This document shows, piece by piece, positions 11,001 to 19,982 of a DNA stretch of 64,000 nucleotides (the stretch's first letter is position 1; every line of letters starts with the position of its first letter). The notes under the pieces are model-generated. The model searched no databases and was not told where the DNA came from. It saw only the letters and a program-made list of their open reading frames with translations. Origin of the DNA: Candidatus Pacearchaeota archaeon (lineage in GTDB: Archaea > Nanobdellota > Nanobdellia > Pacearchaeales > UBA284). The translations under genes and the position numbers were made by a program. Location: positions 29,449 to 93,448 of the forward strand of contig CP061211.1 in NCBI GenBank assembly GCA_026016245.1, read 5' to 3'.

Positions 11001-11557
11001 CTTCAATTGATCCAACAGATGGTTCTATAATTAAAGGATGCGAAGTTTCTGGTGTAGAACTTGAAGTTACAACTGCTGAAGGAGCAGATAATGGAATAGC
11101 TACTTGTTATTGGTCTAATGCTGATATTGGCATTGAACAAGGAATGACTAAATTTACTGAAACTAATACTGTTATTCATAGACAGAACCTTTCTGCTATG
11201 AGCCAGATTGTTTACATCAAATGTCATGATTCTGCTTTAAATATAGCAAATAATAGGACAAGCTTTACTGTAATTGTTGATACTTTCCCACCAAAAATAA
11301 CTCGTCTTTACAAATCTGGTGGAAGTCTTATTTTAAAGACAGATGAGAATGCTGTTTGTGCATATCACTATAGTGCTGGCAGAAAAATACATAATTGTAA
11401 TTTTGATCCTAAGGATACTCTCAGAGCAAGAAGGTTTGATACCACAGGAACTAAAGAACATAGAGTTTATGATGATGGAGAGCCTTGGCATGTAATATGT
11501 TATGATGAGTGTGATAATATTGGACAGTGTTTCGTAATATCTTCAATAGAATCTTAA
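8054..11557 (+). CDS. Giant Cys-rich surface protein with a central multi-TM block
   Basis: Start moved to MPNRKNKG (ATG 8054), which has a GGAGGGG SD 8 nt upstream and follows the upstream TAG stop. The N-terminal 500 aa are Cys-rich. Four to six hydrophobic helices span aa 540-680. A large C-terminal domain follows. Confidence 0.5.
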   Translation: MPNRKNKGDMAIALFLSFLAVMMPVTFTSLQPEFTEEGIKQNSIIETFSEIVLFFDLIPSVAASDYFGCCEETKNKAKCVITLENECKVNKWHNGTACDTVCQIGCCIDNEGMCIKNSINTDCQLGTFIVKDPSCEQSPLCKEGCCTIGYQKRWTTNLTCVNVYNGVWDSAVPDWLTCIKQAYEEQHGCCKSYAGCEYITGQECQGKSGYFFSNMKCYENIPGCEICQLQPTEGKCIEGFPDLYKTDSCGNVYSDEIKKYCTGGFCNPETNQCESGDCFNIYKNYVGGEFGPKESSDKAKSGEAWCVYDTLSDLGNGTAPVGSRHWRRYCLYGQEYNEPCADYRQEVCMGFGEGGQAEYANCAPNGWRLCANVTSKNECNENPFCFWWTDFGEQHEDLGLGSGLKDAIDKVGNDKWRIFAEEKIESGKSKREKGDPQICLPKIPPGYSELNQELGCVGAGSSMCVYEEAWWGLDTENKECRDDEWRITSAHTCRSVGDCGTWFNWVGEPMSGFRIIEVEEGDVEREKKEIMIPQAYTDFVSEHIKGVKGAGGLGLLNIFAAAFVVWAGGYLGVAVLDLVGVDVFFSGVPWAMFSVSKGSLTTAGIVVGWSIIATGVILILWSFWISPGAKQGAMQSIGAGLISGGAAALAGLTAVPAVLVGIVIAGIAALLYWLGYSKEFYYQQCNPSMPPLNGNDCHLCNEDSERPCSKYRCESLGAACSYNDTITVGGKTYQLADSECIATINDGAPPWITEIEAFDMEGRSIFKRTGLGTMPTTININMGGQPIPDGTQLVIQINLNEKAFCMWDIESTANIGEMDFPYQSSVLRDELRQQFLVKQALPQYYVRCADVYGNANIAEYIFKFSTTTGPDLTPPVILGTDRDYNPYFGYSVTELPLSIYISEDAFCRWNPGQDTDYELMSQETECETDITPTGWECETTLTGLQPDIANPFYIRCKDKSPQENVMPSGYLLTLLPTPPLLITSIDPTDGSIIKGCEVSGVELEVTTAEGADNGIATCYWSNADIGIEQGMTKFTETNTVIHRQNLSAMSQIVYIKCHDSALNIANNRTSFTVIVDTFPPKITRLYKSGGSLILKTDENAVCAYHYSAGRKIHNCNFDPKDTLRARRFDTTGTKEHRVYDDGEPWHVICYDECDNIGQCFVISSIES

Positions 11558-11558
11558 A

Positions 11559-12377
11559 ATGAAAATGAAAAAAAGAAAAGCAGGAAAAAAGAAAAATATT
11601 TTTGATATTATTGGTATGAGTTTTAGAAAGTGGTGGTATAATTTTATTATTGTCTTGCCTTTTGTTTTTAATGCTGTTGCTTCTATTATTGGTATTCTTA
11701 TTTTATTTTTAATCTTTGGTTTGCTTTTTATGGTAATTTTTGGTTTATCTCCTTTGGGTTTATTAGGAGATTTAGTTCTTTTAGGACAACTAGAAGGAGT
11801 AATTCCTGATTTTTCACCAGGAATTCTTATTTATCTTGCTCTTGTTTTCATTGTGATGATTTTAGTTCTTGAATTAATTAAGGCGTATTTCTATAGTGGT
11901 GGGATTGCCATGGCTTCTGAGATAGTTAGAGGAAAGAAAACAAGTTTAAGAGTTATGGATAAGAATGGATGGAAATTTTTATGGCGTTTTTGGATTATTG
12001 AGATTATTATTGCTCTTGGTGTTATTATCTGGTTATTTATTTTCGCACTGCCTTTTATTTTTACTCAAGACATATCCTTATTATCTATAATGGGTATAAG
12101 TGTCATACCTATGATGTTTGTTTATGTATTTTTCATTCTAGTTGAGTATTTTCTTGTTCTTGAAGATTTAAGTGTGTGGAAATCTTTTGAAAGAGGCATT
12201 TCTATAGTAAAAACTAATTATTGGGCAATGCTCGGTTTAGGTGTTTTATTTTTATTGATGACAGGTCTTGCTAGTTTTATTCCTTGGATTGGTGGTATCG
12301 CAAGTTTGATAATTTTTATTCCTTGCCAGACAATTGCTTTTGTTATTTTTGCTCTTAAGCGTGCATATCGACGGTAA
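11559..12377 (+). CDS. Polytopic integral membrane protein
   Basis: At least six hydrophobic helices. The start overlaps the TAA stop of the upstream giant protein (TAAAATG). Confidence 0.45.
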   Translation: MKMKKRKAGKKKNIFDIIGMSFRKWWYNFIIVLPFVFNAVASIIGILILFLIFGLLFMVIFGLSPLGLLGDLVLLGQLEGVIPDFSPGILIYLALVFIVMILVLELIKAYFYSGGIAMASEIVRGKKTSLRVMDKNGWKFLWRFWIIEIIIALGVIIWLFIFALPFIFTQDISLLSIMGISVIPMMFVYVFFILVEYFLVLEDLSVWKSFERGISIVKTNYWAMLGLGVLFLLMTGLASFIPWIGGIASLIIFIPCQTIAFVIFALKRAYRR

Positions 12378-12452
12378 ATAACAGATTTAGAACAATAAAG
12401 TTTATATATTCAAACCAGTTGTTCTTTATAATAAAAAAAGGAGAAGAAAGAT

Positions 12453-13094
12453 ATGCCAATAAAAATAATTAAGAATTTTTTCAAAAGAATATTTTATGGC
12501 ATGTTTGCTACTAAGAAACATGTTAAATTAGGTTTTTATGGGCCTCCTAATAGTGGTAAGACTACTCTTGCTAACAGACTTTGTAAGGATTGGTTAGGAG
12601 AAGAGCTTGGAAAAACAAGCAGAGTTCCTCATGAGACAAGAGAAATACAGATAAAGGAGAAAGTTGAGATAGATTTTAATGGAAAAAAGTTGACTTTTAA
12701 GCTAGTTGATACTCCTGGTATTGCCACAAGAATAGATTATGAGGATTTCTTGCATTATGGCATGAAGGTTAGAGAGGCTAAGAAAAGAGCTAAAGAAGCT
12801 ACAAGAGGTGTTATCGAGGCTATAAAATGGTTAGATGACATGGATGCTGTCATTATTGTTCTTGATACAACTAAAAATCCTTACACCCAGGTTAATATTA
12901 CTATCATAGGAAATCTTGTTGCAAGGAAAATTCCTGTGCTTATAGTAGCTAACAAGATAGATTTGAGAGGAGCAAGAGGAAAGATAAAAAAGATAGAGGC
13001 TGCATTCCCAGAATATGATGTTGTTGCTATAAGTGCAAAAAAAGGCAAAAACATGGAAGAGTTTTATGAGAATCTCTTTGCTCTTGTAAAATAA
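12453..13094 (+). CDS. Small P-loop GTPase
   Basis: G1 motif GPPNSGKTT, G3 motif DTPG and G4 motif ANKID, all in canonical order. Confidence 0.75.
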   Translation: MPIKIIKNFFKRIFYGMFATKKHVKLGFYGPPNSGKTTLANRLCKDWLGEELGKTSRVPHETREIQIKEKVEIDFNGKKLTFKLVDTPGIATRIDYEDFLHYGMKVREAKKRAKEATRGVIEAIKWLDDMDAVIIVLDTTKNPYTQVNITIIGNLVARKIPVLIVANKIDLRGARGKIKKIEAAFPEYDVVAISAKKGKNMEEFYENLFALVK

Positions 13095-13104
13095 GAAGAA
13101 AAAA

Positions 13105-13521
13105 ATGGCAAAGAAAAAAATAAAAACAAGGAGAAGCGATAAAGGGATAACAATACAATTCATCCCATATTCAGAAATAGCTTATCTCACTAGCTTTAGA
13201 CGTGTGAAGAAGTTAGTTGATTTAGCTGTCGAGAACAAGATTTTGCTTGTTCAGGGAAAGCTTGCTCCTGAAGAGGAAGTTGACTTGATTGAGGAAACAA
13301 TGAAACATATAGTTAAGAGTAAAAAATCAAAGTTTAGAGGAATTGAGTTAGCTACATTCTCACCGAGATCAAAAGAATTACCTTTTTTTACTTCAATGAA
13401 AGAGAAACTTGCAACAAGTTTATTTGGTGATAGAGATGTTATCACAGTTATTGGTCCTGCTACAATTGTCCGTGAAATTAAAAAAGATCCCACTAAGATA
13501 CAACTCCTTTTAAGGAAATAA
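13105..13521 (+). CDS. Conserved archaeal small protein, DUF2073-like (from recollection, unverified). GTPase partner.
   Basis: It sits between the GTPase and the Zn-ribbon gene, separated by 10-20 nt, matching a gene triad recalled from other archaea. Confidence 0.35.
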   Translation: MAKKKIKTRRSDKGITIQFIPYSEIAYLTSFRRVKKLVDLAVENKILLVQGKLAPEEEVDLIEETMKHIVKSKKSKFRGIELATFSPRSKELPFFTSMKEKLATSLFGDRDVITVIGPATIVREIKKDPTKIQLLLRK

Positions 13522-13539
13522 TAAAAATAATAATTAAAA

Positions 13540-13971
13540 ATGCCTCATCAATGTGTTCGCTGCGGAAGAATCTATGATAGTGCTGCTCCTGAAGTTCTAG
13601 AAGGCTGTTCTTGCGGTTCTCATTACTTTTTCTTCTTTAAGGATGAAGACTTGGCTATGCAAAAGGAAACTGAAAAGCTTACTAGAGATGAAAGAGAAGA
13701 GATTGTCAAGGATGTTAGTGAAATAGTCGGGCCAGATATAGAGAAGCCAATAATCCTTGATTTAGAAAGTATCAGAGTACAGAAACCAGGAAAGTTTGAG
13801 ATTGATTTGGTTAGAATCTTCAAGAGAAAACCTATTATATACAAGATAGAGGAAGGAAAGTATATCATAGATCTTGCATCAACTTTCCAGATGAAATTAA
13901 AGGAGAAAAAGATTGAAAAGTTAAAAAAGGTTGAAGTTCCAGAACCTAAAGAATCTAAAGAAGAGGATTAA
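13540..13971 (+). CDS. Zn-ribbon protein (DUF2072-like)
   Basis: N-terminal C-x2-C...C-x-C ribbon (QCVRCGRIYD...GCSCGSH) followed by a charged tail. Confidence 0.45.
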   Translation: MPHQCVRCGRIYDSAAPEVLEGCSCGSHYFFFFKDEDLAMQKETEKLTRDEREEIVKDVSEIVGPDIEKPIILDLESIRVQKPGKFEIDLVRIFKRKPIIYKIEEGKYIIDLASTFQMKLKEKKIEKLKKVEVPEPKESKEED

Positions 13972-14732
13972 CCCATATAACTTAGCTTTTTCTTTTCTTT
14001 CATTGTCTTTGCTTCTCCAAGTCTCATTAACAAACCCTTTAATTTTTCCTCAACTTCTTTTGCCTTCTCTAGTAAAGGTTTGTAATCTATAGTCAAGCCA
14101 AGATACTTGTCAAGTGCCTGGATTAATTTTGCTGCTGCTTTGTTGTCTGGTAATCCTGTATGAGTCTCAACAAAAAAACATGAGAATGAAACATCTTGAG
14201 CTTTCATTAGCAAAGCTCCTGTTACACCTATTATTATTCCTTCCTGTAATGGTTTTATTTTTGCTTCAATTAATGATTTTCTTTTTTCTTTCTTGTTGCT
14301 GTAGAAAAAAACATTAGCGTTTTTGATTTCTTCTGCTGATGCTACTCCTTCTAAACCAACAATTTCCTTTGCATTAATTTCTTTAGCTAGATCTATTATG
14401 GCGTCTGCTAAACGCCATTCTAAACCCTCAACTGGCGTTACTGCCTGCACAATTATTATATTTGTCTTTTTATCATAGAATATCTCCAAAGGATAGATAA
14501 CTTCATTCTTGTGAACAGCTGCTATTGGCATTAATTTATCACTAACTATCCTGCCTATAGGCTTTGCATTTAGATGCTTGATAATATATTCTGTTGCAAT
14601 AGTTGAAACAAAACCAAAACCAGGAAATCCTTCAACAATGATAGATCTCTGAGGTTTTTCTTCTGTAAACTCTATTCTTATTGCCCTACTATCTTGTCTT
14701 CTAACTTCTTTTTCCTCTATTGGTTTTTCCAT
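13968..14732 (-). CDS. PAC2 family protein, a putative proteasome-assembly-chaperone-like protein
   Basis: N-terminal IVEGFPGFGFVSTIA motif typical of the PAC2 family. Length about 250 aa. Confidence 0.45.
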   Translation of the reverse strand: MEKPIEEKEVRRQDSRAIRIEFTEEKPQRSIIVEGFPGFGFVSTIATEYIIKHLNAKPIGRIVSDKLMPIAAVHKNEVIYPLEIFYDKKTNIIIVQAVTPVEGLEWRLADAIIDLAKEINAKEIVGLEGVASAEEIKNANVFFYSNKKEKRKSLIEAKIKPLQEGIIIGVTGALLMKAQDVSFSCFFVETHTGLPDNKAAAKLIQALDKYLGLTIDYKPLLEKAKEVEEKLKGLLMRLGEAKTMKEKKKLSYMG

Positions 14733-14798
14733 CTTACCTCTTTTAATAGAATGAAAATGGCAGTTACCTTTATAAACTTTTTCTACTTATTTTAGATT

Positions 14799-16511
14799 AT
14801 GAAAGTTTTTGAAGAGAAAATAAAAGGGGCAATAGCAAAAGTTACAAAACTAAAAAAGAAAGAGATAACTTTGAGAGAACCTTTTGGTACTGCTACTAAA
14901 TTCGGGGATATTACCTTTCCTTGTTTTGATTTGGCAAAGAAAAAGAAAAAGAAAAAAAATCCTAAAGAAATAGCAAAAGAAATAGCCAACAAACTGAAAA
15001 AGAAACTACCTAATGAGATAGACAAGGTTGAGGCAGTTGGTGGATATATCAATTTTTTTATTAGCAAAGATTCTTTTACAAAAAACACAATAGAAAAAAT
15101 ATTGAAAGAAAAAAATAAATATGGTTGTCTTGGACTAAAAGGCAAGGCATTAATAGAGCATACAAGTATAAATCCTAATGCAAGCCCTCATGTCGGTAGA
15201 GTTAGAAATGCAATAATTGGGGACATTTTATCTAGATTATTAAAATTTCATGGTTATAAAACAGATATACATTATTATGTTAATGATGTGAGCAAGCAAA
15301 TGGCCTTACTTATTCTTGGTTCTAAAGGGGATGAGAGTTTTGATGATCTTCTAAACTTATATGTGTTTATGTCAGATGAAATGAAGAAAAAACCTGAGAT
15401 AGAAAAAAAGGTTTTTGAAATACTAAGGAAGGTTGAGGATAAGGATAAGGAAATAATAGGAAAATTGAACAAGCTTGTAAGGACAGCTATTGAAGGACAG
15501 AGTGAAATTTTGAATAAGTTAGGAATTTTTTATGATTCTTTTGATTATGAATCTGTTTATTTAGAAAAAGGAAAATTAAAGAAGATTTTAGAGCAGTTAA
15601 AGAAGACTAAAAGACTAAAGAAGGATGTTCAGGATAGATATATTCTTGATCAAAGTGATATGAAGTGGGAATTTGAAAAAGAAATGAAATCTCCAGTATT
15701 GGTTTTAACAAGAAGTAATGGTACAGGTCTTTATCCTTTACGTGATATTGCTTATACAATAGATAAATTGAAGAGTGCGCCTGTGAATATAATTGTTCTA
15801 GGAGAAGACCAGAAACTTTATTTCAAACAATTAAGCGCAACACTCGAGCTTTTAGGTTATAGAGCTCCTAGGGTTGTTCATTATTCTTTTATCTTGCTTA
15901 AAACAAAGAAAGGAGCTAAGAAAATGTCTACAAGAAGAGGGGAGGTTATCTTGTTGAGTGATTTTATCAAGGAAGCAATAAGAAAAGCAAGACAAGAAAT
16001 TAAAAAAAGAGGCAGGGAAAAAAATGTTGACATAGATACAGTCTCTGAAGCTATTGGTATTGGAGCTGTTCGTTATACAATAGCAAAAGTTGAGATGAAT
16101 AAAGACATAACATTTAACTGGGAAGAAGCTTTGAATTTTGAAGGCAATACTTCTCCTTACCTACAATACACACATGCAAGGGCTTCTAGTATAATAAAAA
16201 AGTTGGGAAAAGAAAAACTAGCAAATCCCTTATTCAACAAAGTTCATGAAAAAGAGTATGCCTTGGCAAAAGAACTTGGAAAATTCCCAAAAATTGTGTC
16301 AGATGCTTTAGAAGGATTAAAACCACATTTGTTATGCAATTATACTTATACTCTAGCCCATACTTTCAATGATTTCTATGAAAACTGTCCAGTGATTCAA
16401 ACAGAAGATAAAGAAATCAAGGCAAGAAGGGTGATGTTAGTTCAGACCACAATTATTGTTCTTAAGATTGTGCTTAATTTATTAGGGTTACCTGCTCTTG
16501 AAGCGATGTAA
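14799..16511 (+). CDS. argS: Arginine--tRNA ligase
   Basis: Class I signature NPNASPHVGRVRNAIIGD (an HxGH-type motif) and KMSTRRG (a KMSKS-type motif). A Lys-rich low-complexity insert lies near the N-terminus. Confidence 0.8.
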   Translation: MKVFEEKIKGAIAKVTKLKKKEITLREPFGTATKFGDITFPCFDLAKKKKKKKNPKEIAKEIANKLKKKLPNEIDKVEAVGGYINFFISKDSFTKNTIEKILKEKNKYGCLGLKGKALIEHTSINPNASPHVGRVRNAIIGDILSRLLKFHGYKTDIHYYVNDVSKQMALLILGSKGDESFDDLLNLYVFMSDEMKKKPEIEKKVFEILRKVEDKDKEIIGKLNKLVRTAIEGQSEILNKLGIFYDSFDYESVYLEKGKLKKILEQLKKTKRLKKDVQDRYILDQSDMKWEFEKEMKSPVLVLTRSNGTGLYPLRDIAYTIDKLKSAPVNIIVLGEDQKLYFKQLSATLELLGYRAPRVVHYSFILLKTKKGAKKMSTRRGEVILLSDFIKEAIRKARQEIKKRGREKNVDIDTVSEAIGIGAVRYTIAKVEMNKDITFNWEEALNFEGNTSPYLQYTHARASSIIKKLGKEKLANPLFNKVHEKEYALAKELGKFPKIVSDALEGLKPHLLCNYTYTLAHTFNDFYENCPVIQTEDKEIKARRVMLVQTTIIVLKIVLNLLGLPALEAM

Positions 16512-16633
16512 GATTTTTTTCAATGTATTATCTTTAATTTATTTAATTCTTCTTTTTGGGATATATATCCTACAACATATTCTTTTAAATGCTTTAAAAT
16601 TTAAAAAGATTTAATCTAAATTAAAGTAGGGGA

Positions 16634-18007
16634 GTGTTTAAAAAAATGAATCTTGGAAATTATGAGGCAGATAGGATAGGATATCTGAACAAATGCCACG
16701 AAACTGCCAAAATGTTATCTTACAGAGATTTAAGATTCTCCGCAGAAAGATTGGATATAAGGGATTTTGCTACCAGAGCAGGATCAATTCTTGAAGAAAG
16801 GAAAAAGTTAGAAGATTTAGTTAAAGAATTTCCAGAATTAGGGTGTTCTGTAAATGATCTTTTGGCGGAGGCAGAAAAGATGTGTATGGAAAAAAATAAT
16901 TATATTAATCATGCTCCTTTTGAGTATTCTATACTTATGGAGGTAAAGGAGGAAAATGGAGACTCTTTAATTGAAGTTACACTTCCTATTTTTCTGAAAA
17001 GTAAAAAAAGAATGTTGCAAAAAAAATTAAATAGGGCCTTGCTTGGTGTTTTAGCTAAGAAAGATACTAATGATATAATCTCTGGAGATAATAAAAATCA
17101 ATTTGTGAGTTATATTGTAAAATCTAAATCAAATTTAGTCTATGGGAGAGCTTTAGAAATTGCAGAGGAGTTAAAACAAAGACTAGATAGGCATCTTAAA
17201 AAAGAAAACCTGATATTAGAAAATATTTATTTTTTAAATAATGATTCAATTTCTAATTCAAAAAAGACGGGTGCTCTAGAAGAGAGAATACAAAAAACAG
17301 AAAGGGGAGTTGAGCAGGATTCTAGAGAGGAGACAGATGTCATAAAAATCAGGGGAGGTATGACTCAAAAAGAAATAAGTAGTATCTTAGGCATTAGCCA
17401 GTCTCTTTTGAGTAAGGTGACTAAAGAAAAATTCAAATCTCATTTAGTTAAGGGGCAAGGATATTCAAAAAAAATGTTGGATTATATTATAAAAAAAGCA
17501 CAAGCTGGGATTTTTACAGAGGTTGAGGCAATGCAGAGAGTTGGTGACAATTTTGGAGAAATTAAAAGACAATTGAAAAAAGTAACTTATGACGGGACTT
17601 TATTTTATATTAAAAAAAGTTTAAGAAAAATTAAACTCAAGTCTGAACATAAAAAAATAAAACCTAAAGATGGAGATATTATTATTGAATCTGAAATTTC
17701 TAAAAAAGAATTCTTATCCCTTTTAGGATACAACCTAAATTATTTAAGTATTTTAAGAACAAAAAATAAAAAATATATGGAAAATATCCCTGCGTATGAA
17801 AAGAATCTTAAGGGTGCAACATTAACCTTTCTAATAACCCATGAACTTTTTGGAGTTCTAACTGAACATGATGCAATAGAAAAACTTGATGAGGATTTTG
17901 AAGAGTTTAAAGATAAGTTTGGGGGCTTAGTCTATAAAGGGCAAAAATATTACATCAAAAAGAAAATCCGCCAATTTAAAAAATTAAAAAGAAAATTTAA
18001 AAAGTAG
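16634..18007 (+). CDS. Lys-rich hypothetical protein with a possible HTH segment
   Basis: MTQKEISSILGISQSLLSKV resembles a helix-turn-helix. The rest is coiled and Lys-rich. Confidence 0.3.
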   Translation: MFKKMNLGNYEADRIGYLNKCHETAKMLSYRDLRFSAERLDIRDFATRAGSILEERKKLEDLVKEFPELGCSVNDLLAEAEKMCMEKNNYINHAPFEYSILMEVKEENGDSLIEVTLPIFLKSKKRMLQKKLNRALLGVLAKKDTNDIISGDNKNQFVSYIVKSKSNLVYGRALEIAEELKQRLDRHLKKENLILENIYFLNNDSISNSKKTGALEERIQKTERGVEQDSREETDVIKIRGGMTQKEISSILGISQSLLSKVTKEKFKSHLVKGQGYSKKMLDYIIKKAQAGIFTEVEAMQRVGDNFGEIKRQLKKVTYDGTLFYIKKSLRKIKLKSEHKKIKPKDGDIIIESEISKKEFLSLLGYNLNYLSILRTKNKKYMENIPAYEKNLKGATLTFLITHELFGVLTEHDAIEKLDEDFEEFKDKFGGLVYKGQKYYIKKKIRQFKKLKRKFKK

Positions 18008-18025
18008 TCTTTTCTCTTATTTAAA

Positions 18026-19294
18026 ATGAACATCTATATTGAAACTTATGGATGTAGTGCAAATCAGAGCGATGGAGAGATTATGAAAGGGCTGTTAAGC
18101 AGAAGTTTTTCTATTACTGAAAATGAGAAGTTAGCTAATATAATTATTCTGAATACATGTATTGTTAAAGGTCCTACATTAAAGAGAATGGAATCAAGAA
18201 TCAAACATTTTTCTAGGAAAAGATTGATTGTTAGTGGATGTATGCCTGAAGTTTTGTCTGAAAGAATAAGGAAACTTGCTCCTAAAGCAAGCATGATTAG
18301 TACACATCATGTCAAACAGATTGTTAAAGTTGTTAAGAATATTATTGAGGATAAGAAAGTTGAATTAATTGGTAAAAAGAAAGAAGTAAAGTTGTGTATG
18401 CCCAAAATTCCAAAGAATAAAATTATAGGAATTACTCAATTAAGCAATGGTTGTCTAGGAAATTGTGCTTATTGCATTGTAAAAAATGTTAAAGGAAATT
18501 TGTTTTCATATCCTCAAGATAAGATTTTGAAAGATATTAAGCAGAATTTAAGAGCTGGATGCAAGGAAATATGGTTAACAAGCCAGGATAATGCTGCTTA
18601 TGGTTTAGATAATGGAAAAAATGAACTTCCTATATTATTGAAGAAAATATTATTTCTAAAGAATAGGTTTTTTATTCGTTTGGGTATGATGAATCCTTCT
18701 ACTTTATTGCCTGTAGTTAATGAAATTATTGATTGTTATAAAAATAAGAAGATGTTTAAGTTTTTACATCTGCCTGTTCAGAGTGGAAGTGATAAAATTT
18801 TGAAATTAATGAATAGAGGCTATAGAGTTAAAGATTTTATTAAGATTGTTGAAAAATTTAAGAGAGAGATTCCTGACCTGACTTTGAGCACAGATATTAT
18901 TGTTGGTTTTCCTTCTGAGAGTAAAGAGGATTTTGAAAAAACCTTGGCTTTAGTGAAAAAAATTAAGCCAGATATAATTAATATTAGTAAGTATTGGCCA
19001 ATGCCTAGAACTTCTGCTTCTGAGATGAAACAGTTGGATGAGAAGGAGAAAAAGAAAAGGGCTTTTAGATTAATGAAATTGCATCAGAAAATTGCTCTTG
19101 AGAAAAATGAGAAGCTTGTTGGAAAGAGAATCAGGATTTTTGTTGATGCTAAGGGTTTTGATGATACTTGGCTTGCTAGAACAATGAATTATAAGGTTGT
19201 AGTGTTAAAGGGAAAAAAATTACTTGGCAGAGTTGTGGATATTGAAATTAGAAAAGTAACTAGCCATTATCTTATGGGGGTTTTGTTAGAGTAA
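18026..19294 (+). CDS. Radical-SAM methylthiotransferase of the MiaB/RimO/MtaB family, probably a tRNA ms2t6A enzyme
   Basis: N-terminal methylthiotransferase motif TYGCSANQSD. Radical-SAM motif C-x3-C-x2-C (GCLGNCAYC). C-terminal TRAM-like domain. Confidence 0.8.
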   Translation: MNIYIETYGCSANQSDGEIMKGLLSRSFSITENEKLANIIILNTCIVKGPTLKRMESRIKHFSRKRLIVSGCMPEVLSERIRKLAPKASMISTHHVKQIVKVVKNIIEDKKVELIGKKKEVKLCMPKIPKNKIIGITQLSNGCLGNCAYCIVKNVKGNLFSYPQDKILKDIKQNLRAGCKEIWLTSQDNAAYGLDNGKNELPILLKKILFLKNRFFIRLGMMNPSTLLPVVNEIIDCYKNKKMFKFLHLPVQSGSDKILKLMNRGYRVKDFIKIVEKFKREIPDLTLSTDIIVGFPSESKEDFEKTLALVKKIKPDIINISKYWPMPRTSASEMKQLDEKEKKKRAFRLMKLHQKIALEKNEKLVGKRIRIFVDAKGFDDTWLARTMNYKVVVLKGKKLLGRVVDIEIRKVTSHYLMGVLLE

Positions 19295-19333
19295 TTTAGT
19301 AATATTTATAAATTTCTTAAGCCTTTTTATTTT

Positions 19334-19981
19334 ATGATAATACAACTTCATAAAGAAGATTTAAAAAGCGTTATGAAATTAGAAAGAAATTCTTGGATTC
19401 CTTTTCTACAAGCAGATGAAAAGACTATTCTAAAAAGATTTGATTTAGGGCATATTATGCTTGGAGCACAAGAAGATAGTGATTTGGTTGGAATGATATC
19501 TTTTTCATATTCTAATTTTTCTCCAGATGATTATCCAAGTTTTCCAAAAACATTTAGAGAATTTTCATCACAACCGATTTTAAAAAATTATAATACAGCA
19601 TTTTGCTATAACTTAGCAATACTTCCTGACAAGAGGGGATATAGGTATGCCTCCTTACTAATAAGAGCTGGATGGGACAAAGCAAAAAAGGATGGGTGTA
19701 TGTATGGTGTAGCAGATGGTAGATGTTCTTCATATAATGGAAGCTCTGAATTTGAGCAAGAACAGATTAAACAGAATACTGAATTTAAAAAAATAATTGA
19801 TAGGTACTTAAAAGAAGGAATATTTCCTCAACAGAAAGAATTTTTGAAAGACCCTACACTTGCGTTTTATCATAGGGTGACAGGTTGTAAATTCTTATGG
19901 TTAATCCCTAACTTTTTGCCAGAAGACAAACCTGCGGGAGGATTAAGGGTAATATCCTATAAAAATATTTTAGAAAAATAA
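19334..19981 (+). CDS. GNAT-like acetyltransferase
   Basis: LAILPDKRGYRYASLLI loosely resembles GNAT motif A. Confidence 0.3.
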   Translation: MIIQLHKEDLKSVMKLERNSWIPFLQADEKTILKRFDLGHIMLGAQEDSDLVGMISFSYSNFSPDDYPSFPKTFREFSSQPILKNYNTAFCYNLAILPDKRGYRYASLLIRAGWDKAKKDGCMYGVADGRCSSYNGSSEFEQEQIKQNTEFKKIIDRYLKEGIFPQQKEFLKDPTLAFYHRVTGCKFLWLIPNFLPEDKPAGGLRVISYKNILEK

Positions 19982-19982
19982 A

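Noticed and set aside
14792-15145. 117-aa minus-strand ORF rich in F/S
   Set aside because: Antisense to argS across its poly-A/Lys-rich region. Low-complexity artefact.
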